Shown: one piece after another, positions 11,200 through 24,910 of the stretch
Numbering within the stretch: position 1 is the first letter of the stretch
Layout: each line of letters begins with the position of its first letter
The notes under the pieces: model-generated
The model's input: only the letters and a program-made list of their open reading frames with translations
The model's database searches: none
What the model was told of the DNA's origin: nothing
Assembly: GCA_030704615.1 (NCBI GenBank)
Contig: CM060732.1
Location: 13,268,001-13,332,000 of the forward strand
Reading direction: 5' to 3'
Source: Takakia lepidozioides
Lineage: Eukaryota > Plantae > Bryophyta
DNA length: 64,000 nt
Position numbers and translations under genes: made by a program

Positions 11200-13857
11200 G
11201 TGGTATCATCGACTGCTGCAACTCATCGCATGTTTGAACCGCCCACCTTGGAGCGAGAGGGCAAACTTCAACCTTTTGTTGGTGGACGGGAGGACCTGCA
11301 GCGAGAGTACGACAAAATAGGCATTGGGGAGGTTGGTGCAGGCCTCATGGCAGGTGAAGGGCGTGAGGAAGTGAGAACAGCAGATCCGGCAATGGAGGTT
11401 GTTGATGCAGAAGCAGTAGGGCCCGTCCAAGCAAAGAAGAAGAAGAAAGCCAAGCGCGTGCAATCCCCGGCGCGAGAGCCGTCACGGGCTGCGGAGGGGG
11501 GAGTTCGCAGTGCGCGCGAGGGTGTCAGTTCGCCTACCTCAAAGGTGGTCGTCCATCCGGGCTCCCCTGCTGCTAGCCCTAATAAGAAACAGAGAGCCCG
11601 TGAGAGGGCAAAAGAGATGGCAAAAGAACAGGCAAGACACAAGGCTAGCCAGAAGGAAAGAGAAAAGGCCACTGAAGAGGCCAGGGGTTCCGAACTGACA
11701 GATTCCCATGTAAGTGAGGGACGCACAGAGACGGTGGATCCCTCCAAGACACCACAAAGAGGCAGCAACACACCGGTTAGACCATCGCGGGCAAGAGCAG
11801 CCCCTGCAATTACCCATACGGTGGACCTTAGTGTTGATTCCGATAGCCATATGGATCCTACTTGGGACTCGGGTGTCCCTAAAATTGTGGCATGGATGCC
11901 TGGGGGATACTCCAGAGATATTCAGCAAAAAGATAAAGTTATCTGAAAGCTAATTATCCATATTTTTGGGAGAGAGGAATAGACATAGGGGAATCATCTG
12001 GACCTCTCACACCATTAAGATCAGAGAGTACATCACCCATACCGAAAGAACTAGAGTTGGATGCCACTCATTCTTTTTCTTTGCAAGAAAGATTAAGGGA
12101 ATTGGTACAGGAAGAAGATCAACCACGAAGTGAAAGATCTGAGGTACATCCCTGGATAAAAGATTTGACAGAAATCTTTGATAAGAGTTGGCATGGAACA
12201 CCAAAAGCAGGAACTCCAGTTTCTGAAACAGAAGATGAAGAAGGAGGAGAGGATGTGGCAGAGTCAACGGAGAGTTCAAATTCTCCAACACCATTGCAAT
12301 TGAGTTACATGAGTGAAGAAAGAGAAACCCAAGGGCAGAACTTGGAAGATGAAAACAGGGAGAAGAAATTGGAAGATGAAGAGTATGAAGAAGTAGACCC
12401 AACAGCTGAGGTTGAGACTACAACCAGGACATCCCAACCCGTTGGACTTGGATCAAGTGGAGCACTTGGATCACAGGCCAACGAAGGTGTCGGCTCAGGG
12501 GGATCAGGCAGGCAGCCTAGATCTGGCTCTGGGGGGGACAGGGAGTGTGAGAAGTAGTGCAACTGGAGTTGGGAATACTGTGAATATAGTGAGGCCAGTA
12601 GCAGGGAGTGCTCAGGGGCCAGCACTTGGTGGAAGTTCCACCACAACTACCACAGGTCCTCAAGGACCAGCACCAGCAAGGGGGCCAGCACCTGTCAGTG
12701 GGCAGGGGGTAGGGCCACAGATGACGTTACAACCAACACGGGCAAAACCACCTTTTCCAATATATTCAGGAAAAGGGGATCTTGATGTACACATTAGCCA
12801 ATTTGAGCACATGTGTGTTGTGAACAATGAGAATGGCGATGATGCCAAGATGAGACTGTTTCCTTGTTCACTTATAAAGAAAGCAAGTGAATGGTATGCA
12901 AGATTCCCTGATAATCATTTTCTAACCTAGAATGGCTTGAATACAGCATTCCGAAATAGGTTCAGGACAAGTTAAACTGAGGATGAAGTGTATGGAAGTT
13001 TACAACAGTTAAAGCAAAAGAAGCATGAAACTGTTGAGGAGTATATGGAAAAGATGGAATTGATGATGAAAAAGCTGGCTGCTGTACCAGCACCAGGTTT
13101 ACATAAGACTTGGTTTGTGAGTGGACTAAGACCAGAGTTGCAAAAGAAAGTGGATATGTTACCCCATAATACAGTGGAGGAGGCAATTGAAATAGCGAAC
13201 AGAATTGAGCAATTGGGAATGCTCAGGAGAGAGAAAATGGATGATGAGGACTTTGAGGATGAGTCAGATGAGGAAGAAGAGCAAGAGCTTAAGAGGAAGA
13301 GTAAGAGGAAGGAAAAATTGAAGAGGGATAACTATGAGAAAAGATTAGAAGAAATCTTGAAGAAATATGCCACAGAGGCTGCAACACATTGGAGGAAGGA
13401 TGTTTGGTGTGCAAAATGCCAGAATAAAGGCCATACCACCACTGAATGCCACATGAAAAAGAAACACTGTACTATCTGTAAAATGGATAACCATTATACT
13501 GAGAATTGCTACTACAACAGAAGGACAGCAGCAAAAGAACCTAGGCAAGTAAGGGTGCATCAAGTGCAGCCCCAGCCAAGAAGAAACAGTGATCGGGACC
13601 ACTATGGTAGGCCTGGTGGTTATAACAATGGCCTGGAAGGGAGAGGTAACCCAAGAGGGAATTACCAAGGAAATTCCAGAGGCAATTATCAGGGTAACCC
13701 AAGGGGGAATTACCAGCCAGGGAATCAGGATCACAGAAATAACCCCAGAACACACCAAGGCGAGAACCTAATGGGGAAGAACTGTGTTACTATTGTAATC
13801 AGGCAGGACATCGCAAGGCAGCCTGTCCATTCTGGATCAAACACCAAAATGAGATGA
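11200..13857 (+). pseudogene. gag: Gypsy element C: low-complexity upstream ORF region plus gag with CCHC knuckles
   Basis: PIYSGKGDLDVHISQFE..MRLFPCSL..ASEWY; LKQKKHETVEEY; CAKCQNKGHTTTEC and CTICKMDNHYTENC, plus a frameshifted CYYCNQAGHRKAAC; several stops and frameshifts. Whether the 11.2-12.4 kb ORFs belong to gag is uncertain. Confidence 0.8.
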
Positions 13858-15806
13858 GAGCTCCTGTGAATGAGGGGCCAGTGGTGGCAACTCACATGGT
13901 TAGGCCATGTGTTGTACTAGAAGTAAGTACAATGATAGTAACCAGAAGCAAAGCCAAAATAATACCTCCAATAGATGAGGAAGGTGATGATAATGAAGAT
14001 GGCAGTGATGTGCCTGAAGATGATGAGGCTTGGAGAGATGAGAAGGAACTGCACAAGGAAGTGGCAGATACCATAAGGGAAATGCAGAAGAGTACTGATA
14101 TTCCTATGGCAGATTCCTCTAATTTTGAAAGAGAAGAGGAAGTGAGTGAGGATGAAGGGAAGAAAGAAGCTGCAGAAATGCAGAGTAATGAAGGGACTTT
14201 GGCTGAAGTAATATGCTAGTCCAAAGCGGAGATTACCATTGGACAGCTATTGGCTGTGGCACCTTATTGTAGACACAGGCTGTATCAAGCAATCAATCGA
14301 ATTGCCCATGTGACAGGGAACACAGACCTGAACAGCAAGGTGACCAGTTATAATGTGAAGCCGGAAGGGCGAGAAACAGTCATGGACTTTGATGATTCTA
14401 TGCCAGTAATCCAATTGAGAATTGGAAGCACAGAACTAACTGATGTACTGATAGATGGAGGCTCTGGAGTGAATATCATGACAGACCAATTAAGGCAGAA
14501 GCTTGGTCTAAGTAACATGAAACCAGCCCCATTTACAGTAACAATGGCAGATCAAAGAAGTGTTCAGCCATTGGGATTGATAAGAGGAGTTAAGATACAG
14601 ATTCAAAAGATGATCTTTAAGATCACAGTAACTGTGTTGAAAATGGATGAAGTCATGGAAGCTTACTCATTATTGCTGGGTCGACCGTGGCTGAAACAGG
14701 CCAGGGTATTCCATGACTGGAATTCCCAGTTACTAACTATGCATGATGGGATGCACAAGATACAAATCACCACTAAGAAATCTAGTAGACCACCTGCTAC
14801 GAGAAGACCTCGAGGGGTCAGGGAGTATGACTGGAGGGGAGGACTTGATGAGGAGCAGGAAGCTACCCTGTTCGCTGCACACCCAAAGTGGGAGCAGGTT
14901 GCAGAGATGCAACTGGAAGGCCTAAGTTGTTTAAAAGGTATCTGTTGTGGTGTAGTGACAGCAACACCAATTGAGGGTGAAACAAGCAGTTACCCACCAC
15001 ATTTCTATGAAGAAAGAGAGGGAGAAATGGTAATACTAGAGGAACCAGCCACTGTGAGTTTACAGGATGAAGTGGTGTCTGGTTGGACAATCACAGCTGA
15101 TGAGCAGGTGAGAGAAGTGAATGTGGGAACTGAAGAGGAACCGAGGATGGTGAAGGTAGGGGCTGATTTGGAGCCAGAATTCTTTGAGGAAGCTAAGAGT
15201 CTGTTCATCAAATACAGAGATGTATTTGCTTGGAGCTACGAGGATCTGAAAGGGATACCACCTGAGATCTGTCAGCATAAGATTGAACTGGAACCAGGGT
15301 CAGTACCAATCAAACAGGCAAGGTACAGAATGAATCCCAACTATGCACAGAAGGTTGGAGAAGAGATCAAGAAGTTGGCTGAGGCTAAGTTTATATACCC
15401 GATAGAGTATACAACTTGGTTGTCACCCATTGTGATAGTTCCCAAGAAAAATGGTAAACTGAGAGTTTGTGTGAACTATAAGAAGTTGAATGCTTGTACG
15501 AAGAAAGATCCTTTCCCTTTGCCATTCACAGAAGCAGTATTGGACACTGTGGCAGGCCATGAGATATACTCATTCATGGATGGCTTCAGTGGTTATAATC
15601 AAGTGCAAGTGGCAAAAGAAGACCAGGGAAAGACAGCTTTCATCACAGACTGGGGTGCTTATGCATACAAAGTTTGTAATGCACCAGCAACCTTTCAAAG
15701 AGTGATAAGTGAATCTTTTCATGAGTATCTGGATGATTTCATGCAGGTGTTCTTGGATGATTTCAGTGTGTACAGCTCTAAGAATGAGCACTTGCATAAG
15801 TTGTAG
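13854..15806 (+). pseudogene. pol: Gypsy element C protease and reverse transcriptase (truncated after the YxDD-equivalent motif)
   Basis: Protease VLIDGGSGVN and LLLGRPWL; RT SPIVIVPKKNGKLRVCVNYKKLN, MDGFSGYNQV, NAPATFQR, VFLDDF. Confidence 0.92.
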
Positions 15807-16139
15807 GAGCTCATGAGTTTCTGTCTCAGGCAGAAGCTTTCAGCTTTCAGAGTCTGTCTTTTCACTCATTTTACACATCATGTCTTGTCACAGGGCTTCA
15901 AAGATGAGAAGACAACTATGTCCTTTCTGAAAGCGCGTGCCAGATGCACACAGAAAGCAAATGAAATCAATAAGGCCCATCATCAAGGTATTGCTCTTTC
16001 ACATTTTCGTTCAAAATTGTAAGTTCTCAAAAGGTTGTCAGTCATTAGCAAACTCACTTAATGTGAGGTGCTTCCATTGCCTCTATGCTACATCAAAATC
16101 AAAGGGTTGTACATGTTGGAGATGATATCCAGTGAAGGG

Positions 16140-16990
16140 TCAGAAATGGGGACTAGACTTTGTTGGACCAATTAACCCACCAGCCAAGAATACACAGAAC
16201 AAGCACTGATTATACTACAAAGTGGGGAAGCTAAAGCTCTGAGGGACAAAACAGCTAAGTCCACATCAAGGTTCTTGTATGAGAACATACTTACAAGATT
16301 TGGCTGTCCCCTGGAATTTATCAGCGACCAGGGAAGTCACTTCATTAATGAGACCATAGAACTATTGACTAAAAAGTTCATGATTGTGCATAGGAAGAGT
16401 ATAACTTATTACCCACAGGGTAATAGGCAGACAGAGGCTACCAACAAAATACTATGTACTATCTTGGCTAAGATAGTCAATGCAAACAGAACAGATTGGG
16501 ATACAAAGCTGTTGACGGCTTTGTGGTCATACAAGACTTCATATAAAGTCACCACTAAGTATACACCATTCCAATTAGTTTATGGTATGGAAGTTTTACT
16601 TCCAGTGGAGTTCTTGTTACCGACCATGAGAACGGAATGGGGAAGGAGAATGGAATTGGAAGATTCAATTAGGGTCAGGAAACATGAATTATATCATGTG
16701 GAAGAAGTACGTGCTGATGCAGCAGATAACATGACCAGAATTCAGATTAAGAGGAAGGATCAATTTGATGAAGGTAAACTGAAAACTTTTAAGACGGGTG
16801 ATTTGGTTCTGTGGTTGTAGAAGAAGGGGAAGATTAAGGCTTCTAAGCTTAAATCACCATGGAAAGGACCTTATGTCATACAGAAGATGTATGATAACAA
16901 CACCGCCATGTTACAAACCATTAACAAAGAGATGTTGGGAAGAGTCAATGTCAATAAGTTGAAAGGATATAGTGGTATCCATGACAAACC
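16140..16990 (+). pseudogene. Gypsy element C integrase core and GPY/F region
   Basis: KWGLDFVGP, TRFGCP..ISDQGSHF, YYPQGNRQTE, WKGPYVI; frameshifts and stops. Confidence 0.88.
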
Positions 16991-17119
16991 ATTGCAACAC
17001 GATTTGCATATTGAAACACAGACACAGTCACGGGCTGCACCGGTAATACCAACGGAGCATGAAGCATTTGTCGTAAAGCCGAATGTATATGGCCTGAGCG
17101 GAGAACACGGGTGTTCGCA

Positions 17120-17235
17120 CAGTTATCACAGCCCACCACAGCATCACACAGCCTATCACAGCCCATCACAGTATCACACAGCCTATCACAGTCCACCACA
17201 GTTAGACACAGCCTGTTACAGCCCAACACAGCCTT
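17120..17235 (+). repeat. 10-bp-period CACAGC repeat downstream of the integrase
   Basis: cacagcccac cacagcatca cacagcctat cacagcccat... Confidence 0.8.
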
Positions 17236-17804
17236 TGCGGGTTACACAGTCCATAGGGTCAGTGACAGGTGGACGCGGGTTAACGTCAAAAAAGTGGTCG
17301 TCAAGTGAAAGAGAAGTTTGGAAGTCAAACTCGGAGAATGTGCCACGCAAACAGGGGAAGTCGGAGGCATGTCTAAAAACGAACACGTGGTCACTAGGGC
17401 GAAGCACACCGCTGTGCATAAATTGCAGAAGTGGGTATCATCATGCAAGAGAACAAATCGGGCCGTCAAAGTACCTACCCAGTACATCAGCCAAAACTAT
17501 TTGTGGGCCCATTAATGCATTTGGGGCAGGGGTAACGGAACCCTTTCCAAGTACAGAAAAGAGGGATTTTTACCACATGTGCTGTCCTACTGGACATTCC
17601 AGGTGGGAATGTCCACGAAGGGGGGTAGAATTAAAAAGTTACCTATGCAGGCAACAGCCAATCAGGAGCGAGAATTTCATGCAGGTGGTTCCCTCCAAGA
17701 AACAAGAACAAGAAATCGGAAGAGTTATGAGTGGAAGAGTCGGGGTGGCTCCGAATAGCCCGTGTCTCGACGGGAGGGGCAATCAAAGCTATAGCTTTGT
17801 AGCT

Positions 17805-20800
17805 ATGGCGGATATAACGGATTACACGCTCGCTTTACTACTCACGCAGTGGCGCAAGGACGAACGAATTGAGAGTACATTCTCTCTCACTCGATACTTG
17901 CAAGCCCCACAGGCTTACACGCTCTTACCTGTTCCATTCTGTGCCAACCATACCTTTATGCTCTGTGCCCTGCAAGCTTTTCTTCAGCTATTTCAAATAA
18001 GGCCTTTTTGTTTGTCTAGAATGAAGAGAGTGAGGGGAATGGAGGATATCAGGGTGAAGAGCACCACGATACTGCAGAAGCAAACAATTGCTACACCGCA
18101 GGCAGTGCAGCTGCTGAGGGAGTTGCGATTGGAGGGGCTGCTACGCAAGGACTAGTCCTTGCATCATCAGCAGTATTTGCTTCAATTTCTTCAGAACTTT
18201 GAGCCTAGGACGGGAGTAACCCAGGTGAGGGGAGTAGATATAGAAATTACTCCCCAGTACCTGCAGCAATTGTTCAAATTGCCATCGGGTCATGTGGATG
18301 TGGATGAGCACATGGCAAGATTGCAGATAGGGACTCTGTTCCAAGAAAGGAGTTTCTTTAAGACTCAAGGTTACGCTTGCACCAAAGCCGAGTACCCAGG
18401 GCTCAGAGATGTTGGCCAAATACTGAACGTTCTGTTTGCCATGAAACAGAACCAACAGTATTTGAGCAGGTCATTCACAGAGGACATACTGAAAGCCTTG
18501 CGAGGAGAGGATGTAGCTTGGGCAGAGGATGTACAATGGTCTGGTGGAAGAGATGAAGAGGTTACAGGGCACTGCTGCTAAGTCTCCGATCATCGTGTCT
18601 GGCCCAGTCATTGCTCAGATTATTCTTGACTCTTGCATACTTGATGCGCGAGAACATAAGGAGATGGGAGTGTTTGAGGCAGCAACCACTGCAATGGAGG
18701 AGCATGGTTCTTCACATAGTGAGGGTGGACTGGCAGAGCAACACCAGTCTAAGAGATAGAAGAGGGGTATGACTATAGTGGCGGATCCACTGGCTTCAAG
18801 AAAGCCGCAAGATGATGTTTCCCAAGCTCTTGTGCAGGATGGGGCACAGCAGCACAGAGGGCTGTTATTACTAAAAGCACGACCTTTGGAGAGGGAAGAA
18901 GAAGTCACTTTGGTACCACAACCATCACAACCAGTTGAATCGGTTGTCTCAGAGGTACCTCAGTTAGTACATGTTGTTCCACCAGAGCCTATTGCTCTGG
19001 AAAGAGAAGGGTTGGACATTCCCACTATAGAGCAGGTCGTGGCAGAAATTGAGAAGGGTGACCTTCTCTATGAAAACTCTGGCTTGGTCAGGGAATCAGT
19101 GGTACCAGAGGTGTAGAGTCTGTCCAGGGAAATCCTTGCTGTGCATGTAATACCCACACCTGTGACGGAGGTACCAGGGGTAGAATATAAGGACACTGCA
19201 GCACCTGTGGAGGATGAGGTGGTTCAGGAAGAGGATCTGGTGGGGGCAATGGCCTAAATGGTTGGTGAAGCATCACACTGTGGAGGATCAGGGAGAACAG
19301 CAGCAAGTTCACCATGATGACCCCCAGCAGGCCATGCTTATGAGTTCCATAAGCAGGACACTCAATTTGTTGGGCACTTATGTAAAATCCCATGTTCCAT
19401 CTACCCAATTGGCAGCTTTGAGGGAGGAACTCAGGAAGGAGTTTGAGACTCGAATTGCCACTGAGTGTGCTAACAAGGTAGATGAGGAGATCAATCTCAA
19501 GTTACAGCAAGAGTTGGAGGACACAAAGGCTGCCTTGCAGTTGGCTAAGGGACATTTGATTGAAGCAGGTCTCGAGCAGGACCAGTTGCATGAAGCACAT
19601 AAGCAACAGTTATACCAATTGCAGGTGAAGCATGAGGGCAAGTTGCAAGAAGTGAACGTACTACATACAGAGTTGGAGGCAGTACATCAGAGGATGACCA
19701 TACAATGTGCTATACTAACAACTGCTCTAGAGCAAACTGCATTAGAAGTTAACAGACAAGGGGAGAGATGTATGATGGCAGAAGCTGAGATAATAGAGCA
19801 AGAGAAACTCATTGTTGATTTGCAGGCTACAATCTGTCGCAATGAGAATACTTTCCAACAGTACAGACAGGTTGAGGCTGACCAGGAGAGGTACATCCTG
19901 GAGTTGCAACAAACAGTCATGGTCAATAGAAATGAACTCTCTGTGGCTAACAAGGCTTGGAAGGAAGCCAATAATCTGGCTGCTGCCTATGCGAGCCTGG
20001 TTGAACCTCATGCGAAGCGCATGGAGGCTTTACAGCAGTAGTTAGATGTGTACAGACTCACGGATGAGCAGATTCTCAGGTTTGCCACATAGGACTTGGT
20101 AGATAACCACCTTATGCAGGTATGGTTAGCACAAGGGCCGGTAGAAGGCAAAGCACCAAGGAAGCTCACCCAAGGCGAGATGAATGAGCTCAGATTGCAG
20201 GTGCAGAACATTGCCACAACTACTATAGACAATGTCTATAGTAGAATAGCGGAGCTACAGGAGGATGTGGAAGGCCTGCAAACTCAAGTGGATGATCTGA
20301 GTTCAAATATTGACAAGAGAGTCTTTGTTCCTGAGGAGCAGCCGATGGCTACTTATTTACATGCCAAGACTCTAATTTTTCAGTCTTCTTCGCAGGGGGT
20401 ACAGGAGATGCCAGTGGTAGAAGGGCCAGTGGTACCAATACCACAGCAGGTGCCTGTGCAGGTAGCTGACCCTGTTGCTACTACAACAAAACCACAGCCT
20501 GAGGTATGGGGGGATGCTGCTTTTAACCCACCTAGGACTCCTGATGCACGGGAGTACAGTCAGGCTATGATTATGCCTTTCAACCAAATTCCCATTGTGC
20601 TGGATTTCGCTTGGAAGGAATTTAGTCCTCCGCAGTCGTTGGCACATTACTACCAGATCATGCGCATTTGGTTGCCAGTGGCAACTCGGACTAAGGTTCT
20701 TCCGAACAATCGACCTATTGAGGATCATCACTTTGCAAGGTACTGGTCTGAGGCAGGTACCATGCTGAAGGAATTAATTGCCTTCCAGGTTGTACATGGG

Positions 20801-21579
20801 TACATCTATACCAAGATCAATGAGGTATCTAGTATTGTCATGGGGGCTGTGGATTATACTATGCTGCTTGTTTTATGGCACGTTATCACATTGAGCAGCA
20901 GAAGATGCAATCATGATTTCTGAGTTATTCCAGTGGGGATCATTGGGTCTTACCTTCAGTGCCACCTCATATGTACTTGTATGATGCAAAAGTTATGATG
21001 CAGAAGGATTCCCAACTTCGTTCATGGTTTAATTCGGCTTGGAACAATTTGGCAACAGAGAAATTCGGCCCTGATGATATTTTCTTTAAGGGACATGAAG
21101 CCTGGAAATACTTACACTGTTCCAAAGTCATTGGCACACCTCTCACCTATACGGCTAAGGAGTTCAGGGCGTTCACTAATTTTGCTTGCAAGCGCTTACA
21201 ACAAGTCGTACAGTTTAAACTTCCAGACATGGTGGGCCCACATTGTATGCCACGCAGGATTCCCGAGAAGCCACTTAAAGTTCGGCCGTTAAAACACCTA
21301 AGGGGGGACGAGGATTCTGATACTACTGGTTCTTCAGAGGACTTTTTTGACATGGCAGAGGACTATGCACTTCAGATGGCAGAGAAGAAACGACGGGGAT
21401 CTCCTATGCCTGAGAGGTCACCTCGTTATCAGCCAAAGGAGGGTCAGACATTTCCAGGTAGTGCTCAATCACCTCCATCAGCCAGTGACAGGACTCGGGC
21501 TCGCACACGGAGTCCTTCACGAGACTCTCACCGACAGAAGGGTGCTCGCTCACAAAGGTTTGCTTATCCCAAACAGTAA
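17805..21579 (+). pseudogene. Large extra ORF region of gypsy C (between integrase and PPT): plant-transposon-protein-like motif, coiled coil, Arg/Ser-rich tail
   Basis: Chain of same-strand ORFs broken by stops and frameshifts; VRGVDIEITPQYLQQLFKLP motif; heptad-rich 19214-20041; ends about 20 bp before the PPT. Confidence 0.65.
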
Positions 21580-21617
21580 ACCGTGAGGACACGGTTTTTT
21601 GAGAGGGGGAGGGGTAA

Positions 21618-22540
21618 TGTTAGAGGGCTGCTTGGGACTTAGACGCTTTTACGGGTTCTGTGGGGTCCCCTTAATTTTTGCGCAGATTTATGAATGGTAG
21701 AATGAGACCAACAGGAGCCTTGGGGGTGGCAGACGCAGGCTTTAGGGGGGGTACACAGCTTGTCACAGTCTATCACAGCTAGACACAATCTGACACAGCC
21801 CGACACAGCTTTGCACAGCCAGTCACAACCCGACACAGCTTTACACAGCCCGTCACAGTCTATGACAGCCAGACACAGTCTGAAACAACCGACACAACTT
21901 CGCACAGCCAGTCACAGCCCGACACAGCTTTACACAGCCAGTCACAGCTCGGCACAGCTTGACATAGCCTGTCACAGTGTACATGGAGAACAGTTATCAT
22001 TGACAGGGAACGACTATGTGGGAACGACATCTGCAGAGGGAACGTGTTACTTCAGGGGTGACGGTTAGTTAGTTAGGTGGTTAGAACAGCTTGCGGGTAG
22101 ATTAGGCAGGGCGGCAACAGGAAGAGGATCACTTCTTGAGGAGGGCGACTTGTTCAGGAGAGGAGGAGACGTAACGGAGAGCGGAAACAGTGAAGAGGAG
22201 ATGATGACTTGATTGAGGCTTAATTCATGCAAGCTGTAAAATTATACAGTAGGGTAGATTAGGGACACCATGGCATAGGCATGATACATGATTAATCTTA
22301 ATCCGATACTGAATCGATACAAACATACTGTGTAGAGAGACATGATAGAAGCTGTGGAATGAATGCATGATTAATTGGAACTTAGTAGATACTGAAGCAA
22401 TCTGATGCTTCAGTATACACGGTAAGGTAAATTGATAACATGAAGGCAAGAATGAATACAAATAGGAAGCACAACCATGATTCACTAGCTGTAGGTCATG
22501 ACTGATTGTTCTGAGCGGGCTGAGTGCTTAGAGATATCCA
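21618..22540 (+). mobile_element. 3' LTR of gypsy C (right boundary uncertain) containing a 10-bp-period CACAGC array at 21755-21978
   Basis: PPT gagagggggagggg at 21601-21614, then TGTTAG; no matching 5' LTR found in the window. Confidence 0.65.
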
Positions 22541-22579
22541 ACTCTTCTATCTTGGAGTTTCCACCTCGGATAGCGAAGG

Positions 22580-24910
22580 GATGGGTGAGTAAAAGCCGCT
22601 CGACACGGTGGTGGTGAACTTGGGAGGCCCCGACGATAGACCAGTCAATGTATCGCCTATGCCACAGTTCACGGGTCTACAAGGATCAGACCCCGATCGG
22701 CATTTGGCCCAGTTTATGACGGCTTGTATTGCCAACAATGCTAGGACATAAGATTGGTGGCGAACGATGTTTCCCGCTACGCTGCGTGAGCTGGCTTTTC
22801 AGTGGTACGATTGTCAACCTCATGGCATCTTTACTGATTGGAATGCCCTAAAGATAGCCTTTCTGACTCAATTCAGGCCTTTGGGTTTTACCAATCCGTT
22901 GCGTGAGCAATTGACCAAGCTCCATATGGTAGAAGGAGAATCAGTCGGCTCCTTTGCAGGACGATTGGAAGATATCCTCCAGCGATGGAATAACCATAAT
23001 ATCCTTGACCATATGCAGATGGGCCTTTTTGTGGAAGGATTGATGCCACAGGAATTGAGCGGTTTGTAAAGGAGGGAGTGTCCATTGAACCCAGTGACTA
23101 ATCCTATTAATGGAGCTGGTGTCAAATGTGGATATTGTGACAAAACAGGGCATGTGATATTACAATGTTGGCATTTGCAATCAGCTATGGGTCTAACGCT
23201 AGCCAATAATAACCGCAAAACAGGATGGGACGTCAATCAGGTTGGGTTATCAACAGCACCCGTAATACAGATACGCCTGCACCATGGCCGGAATCATCTC
23301 CTCATAATCAGCAACCTTGGCGACCAACCCATGGACCACAGAGCTGGTATCAGCCAGCCAATCAGCCTGCCAAGCCACAAAGGGGAATACCACCCCAAGG
23401 GGCTGTGGCTTCCACCAAAGCCACTGCAGCAAATTGTCGAAAAGCACAATACTACATGGTGCATTAATCCACTTGGATTGATGCCGTAGTGCTAGGCCAT
23501 CACATTCTGTTCCAACTTCTATTGCTCTTGACAAATCTACCAAGTACACTAGTGTTCTTCGTTCAACCTTAAGTCTGTGGTTAGGGTTTTGGGTGTGAGG
23601 ATGAGGCAGGAGTGGATCCATTGGTTCACCATAGACCCGCACAAAAAGGATGGTGTTCAATGCAATCTTTGTGCATTGAAGCTGGCGGGTCGCAAAGATC
23701 GCATGTTATATCACATCAGCTACAGACATGGGAAGAATGCAGGGGTTAGTTTGTACCCAAAAGCCTCCATGCGAGTGAAAGCCCACTTTGCCCAATGTGG
23801 AGGCAATATGGAGGCAATCAACAACAGATGTACTCACAGCAGCCTAATCAGTCCTATTGACCACCTGCGAGGCGATTGAGGAACGGACAATACCCTGTTT
23901 GTTATCAATGTCATGAGATGGGCCATATCGCCAATGAGTGTCCTAATCCTAAGGCCCTTGTCAATTATATACCATCATGTGGCCGCAATGGTGGCCAGGG
24001 ACATACTGCGGTACAGTGCGAGAGTCCATACCCACAAGCTCCCTTGCACCAACAATCACAATCGGCGCCTATGCCACCAATGTCGAGCACATCTCCATCC
24101 GCTGCAGGACCATCACATTCTTTTGGAAATATTAATACCAATCGAGCTGTAAATTGGGTGACGATGCAGGACTCTAAGGAGGAGAGGACTTGTAATATGG
24201 GTATGGTGTTAGCTGATAATAAGACTGCCCTGAAAGGCAAGGGCAATATGAAGTAAACGATATTCCCCTGCAATCGTGCGATTCCCTTGCAGAGTTAGAT
24301 GTTTCCATGGTCAAGGAAGTGACTACAAGAGGTCGAAAGCTATTACCAATGGACCCTATTGTAGAGGAATCTGTTCCAAGGAATTCCGATAGTGTGAATC
24401 CCAGACAAGGCGATGAGGTGTTAGAATCGTTACCAGCTGTTCTTGATATTCATCCGATACCTCCGATGATATCGCCTAGTTTGGTAGTCCATCCACCTTC
24501 CACTATCGTTGATCATATCGACCTTGAACCTGTAATATCAGTTGCTATACCCCAATCTAGAACGGAGCCAGTGCAGCGGAGAAATCGAGGGAAATATACT
24601 GGTGCGATAATGGGTAGTGGCAAAGCATGACATCTTAAGGGGTCACGGCGGAAGCGGGTTATGGCAATGACTAAGGGCTTGGTCCATTATGATATTTTGA
24701 AGGATCTAGACTCTTTACAACCTACTATTTCCTTGCGACAACTGTTGGTTATTGCGCCTCAATGTTGATCATCTTTACAGTCTTCTTTGGTTAGGAGACA
24801 ATCATCAAACAATGACATCCATGAAGTCAACATATCGATACTAAATCCAGATCATGGCGCCCCTGTGCTTGATGTGACGATAGATGGTGTTGTCATACTT
24901 GTGGTGCTCT
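22580..24910 (+). pseudogene. gag: Degenerate gypsy gag and protease start (element D)
   Basis: PQFTGLQGSDPDRHLAQF..MFPATLRELAFQWY..WNALKIAFLTQF; knuckles CGYCDKTGHVILQC and CYQCHEMGHIANEC; APVLDVTIDGV then truncated. Confidence 0.78.
23577..23830 (+). pseudogene. BED zinc-finger fragment (hAT-transposase-like) inside element D
   Basis: EWIHWF..VQCNLCALKLAGRKDRMLYHI matches the W..F..CxxC..R..H BED pattern. Confidence 0.55.

Noticed and set aside
10561-11210. 5' LTR and PBS of gypsy C
   Set aside because: No similarity to the 3' LTR starting at 21618; TGGTATCA near 11201 is only a partial PBS match.
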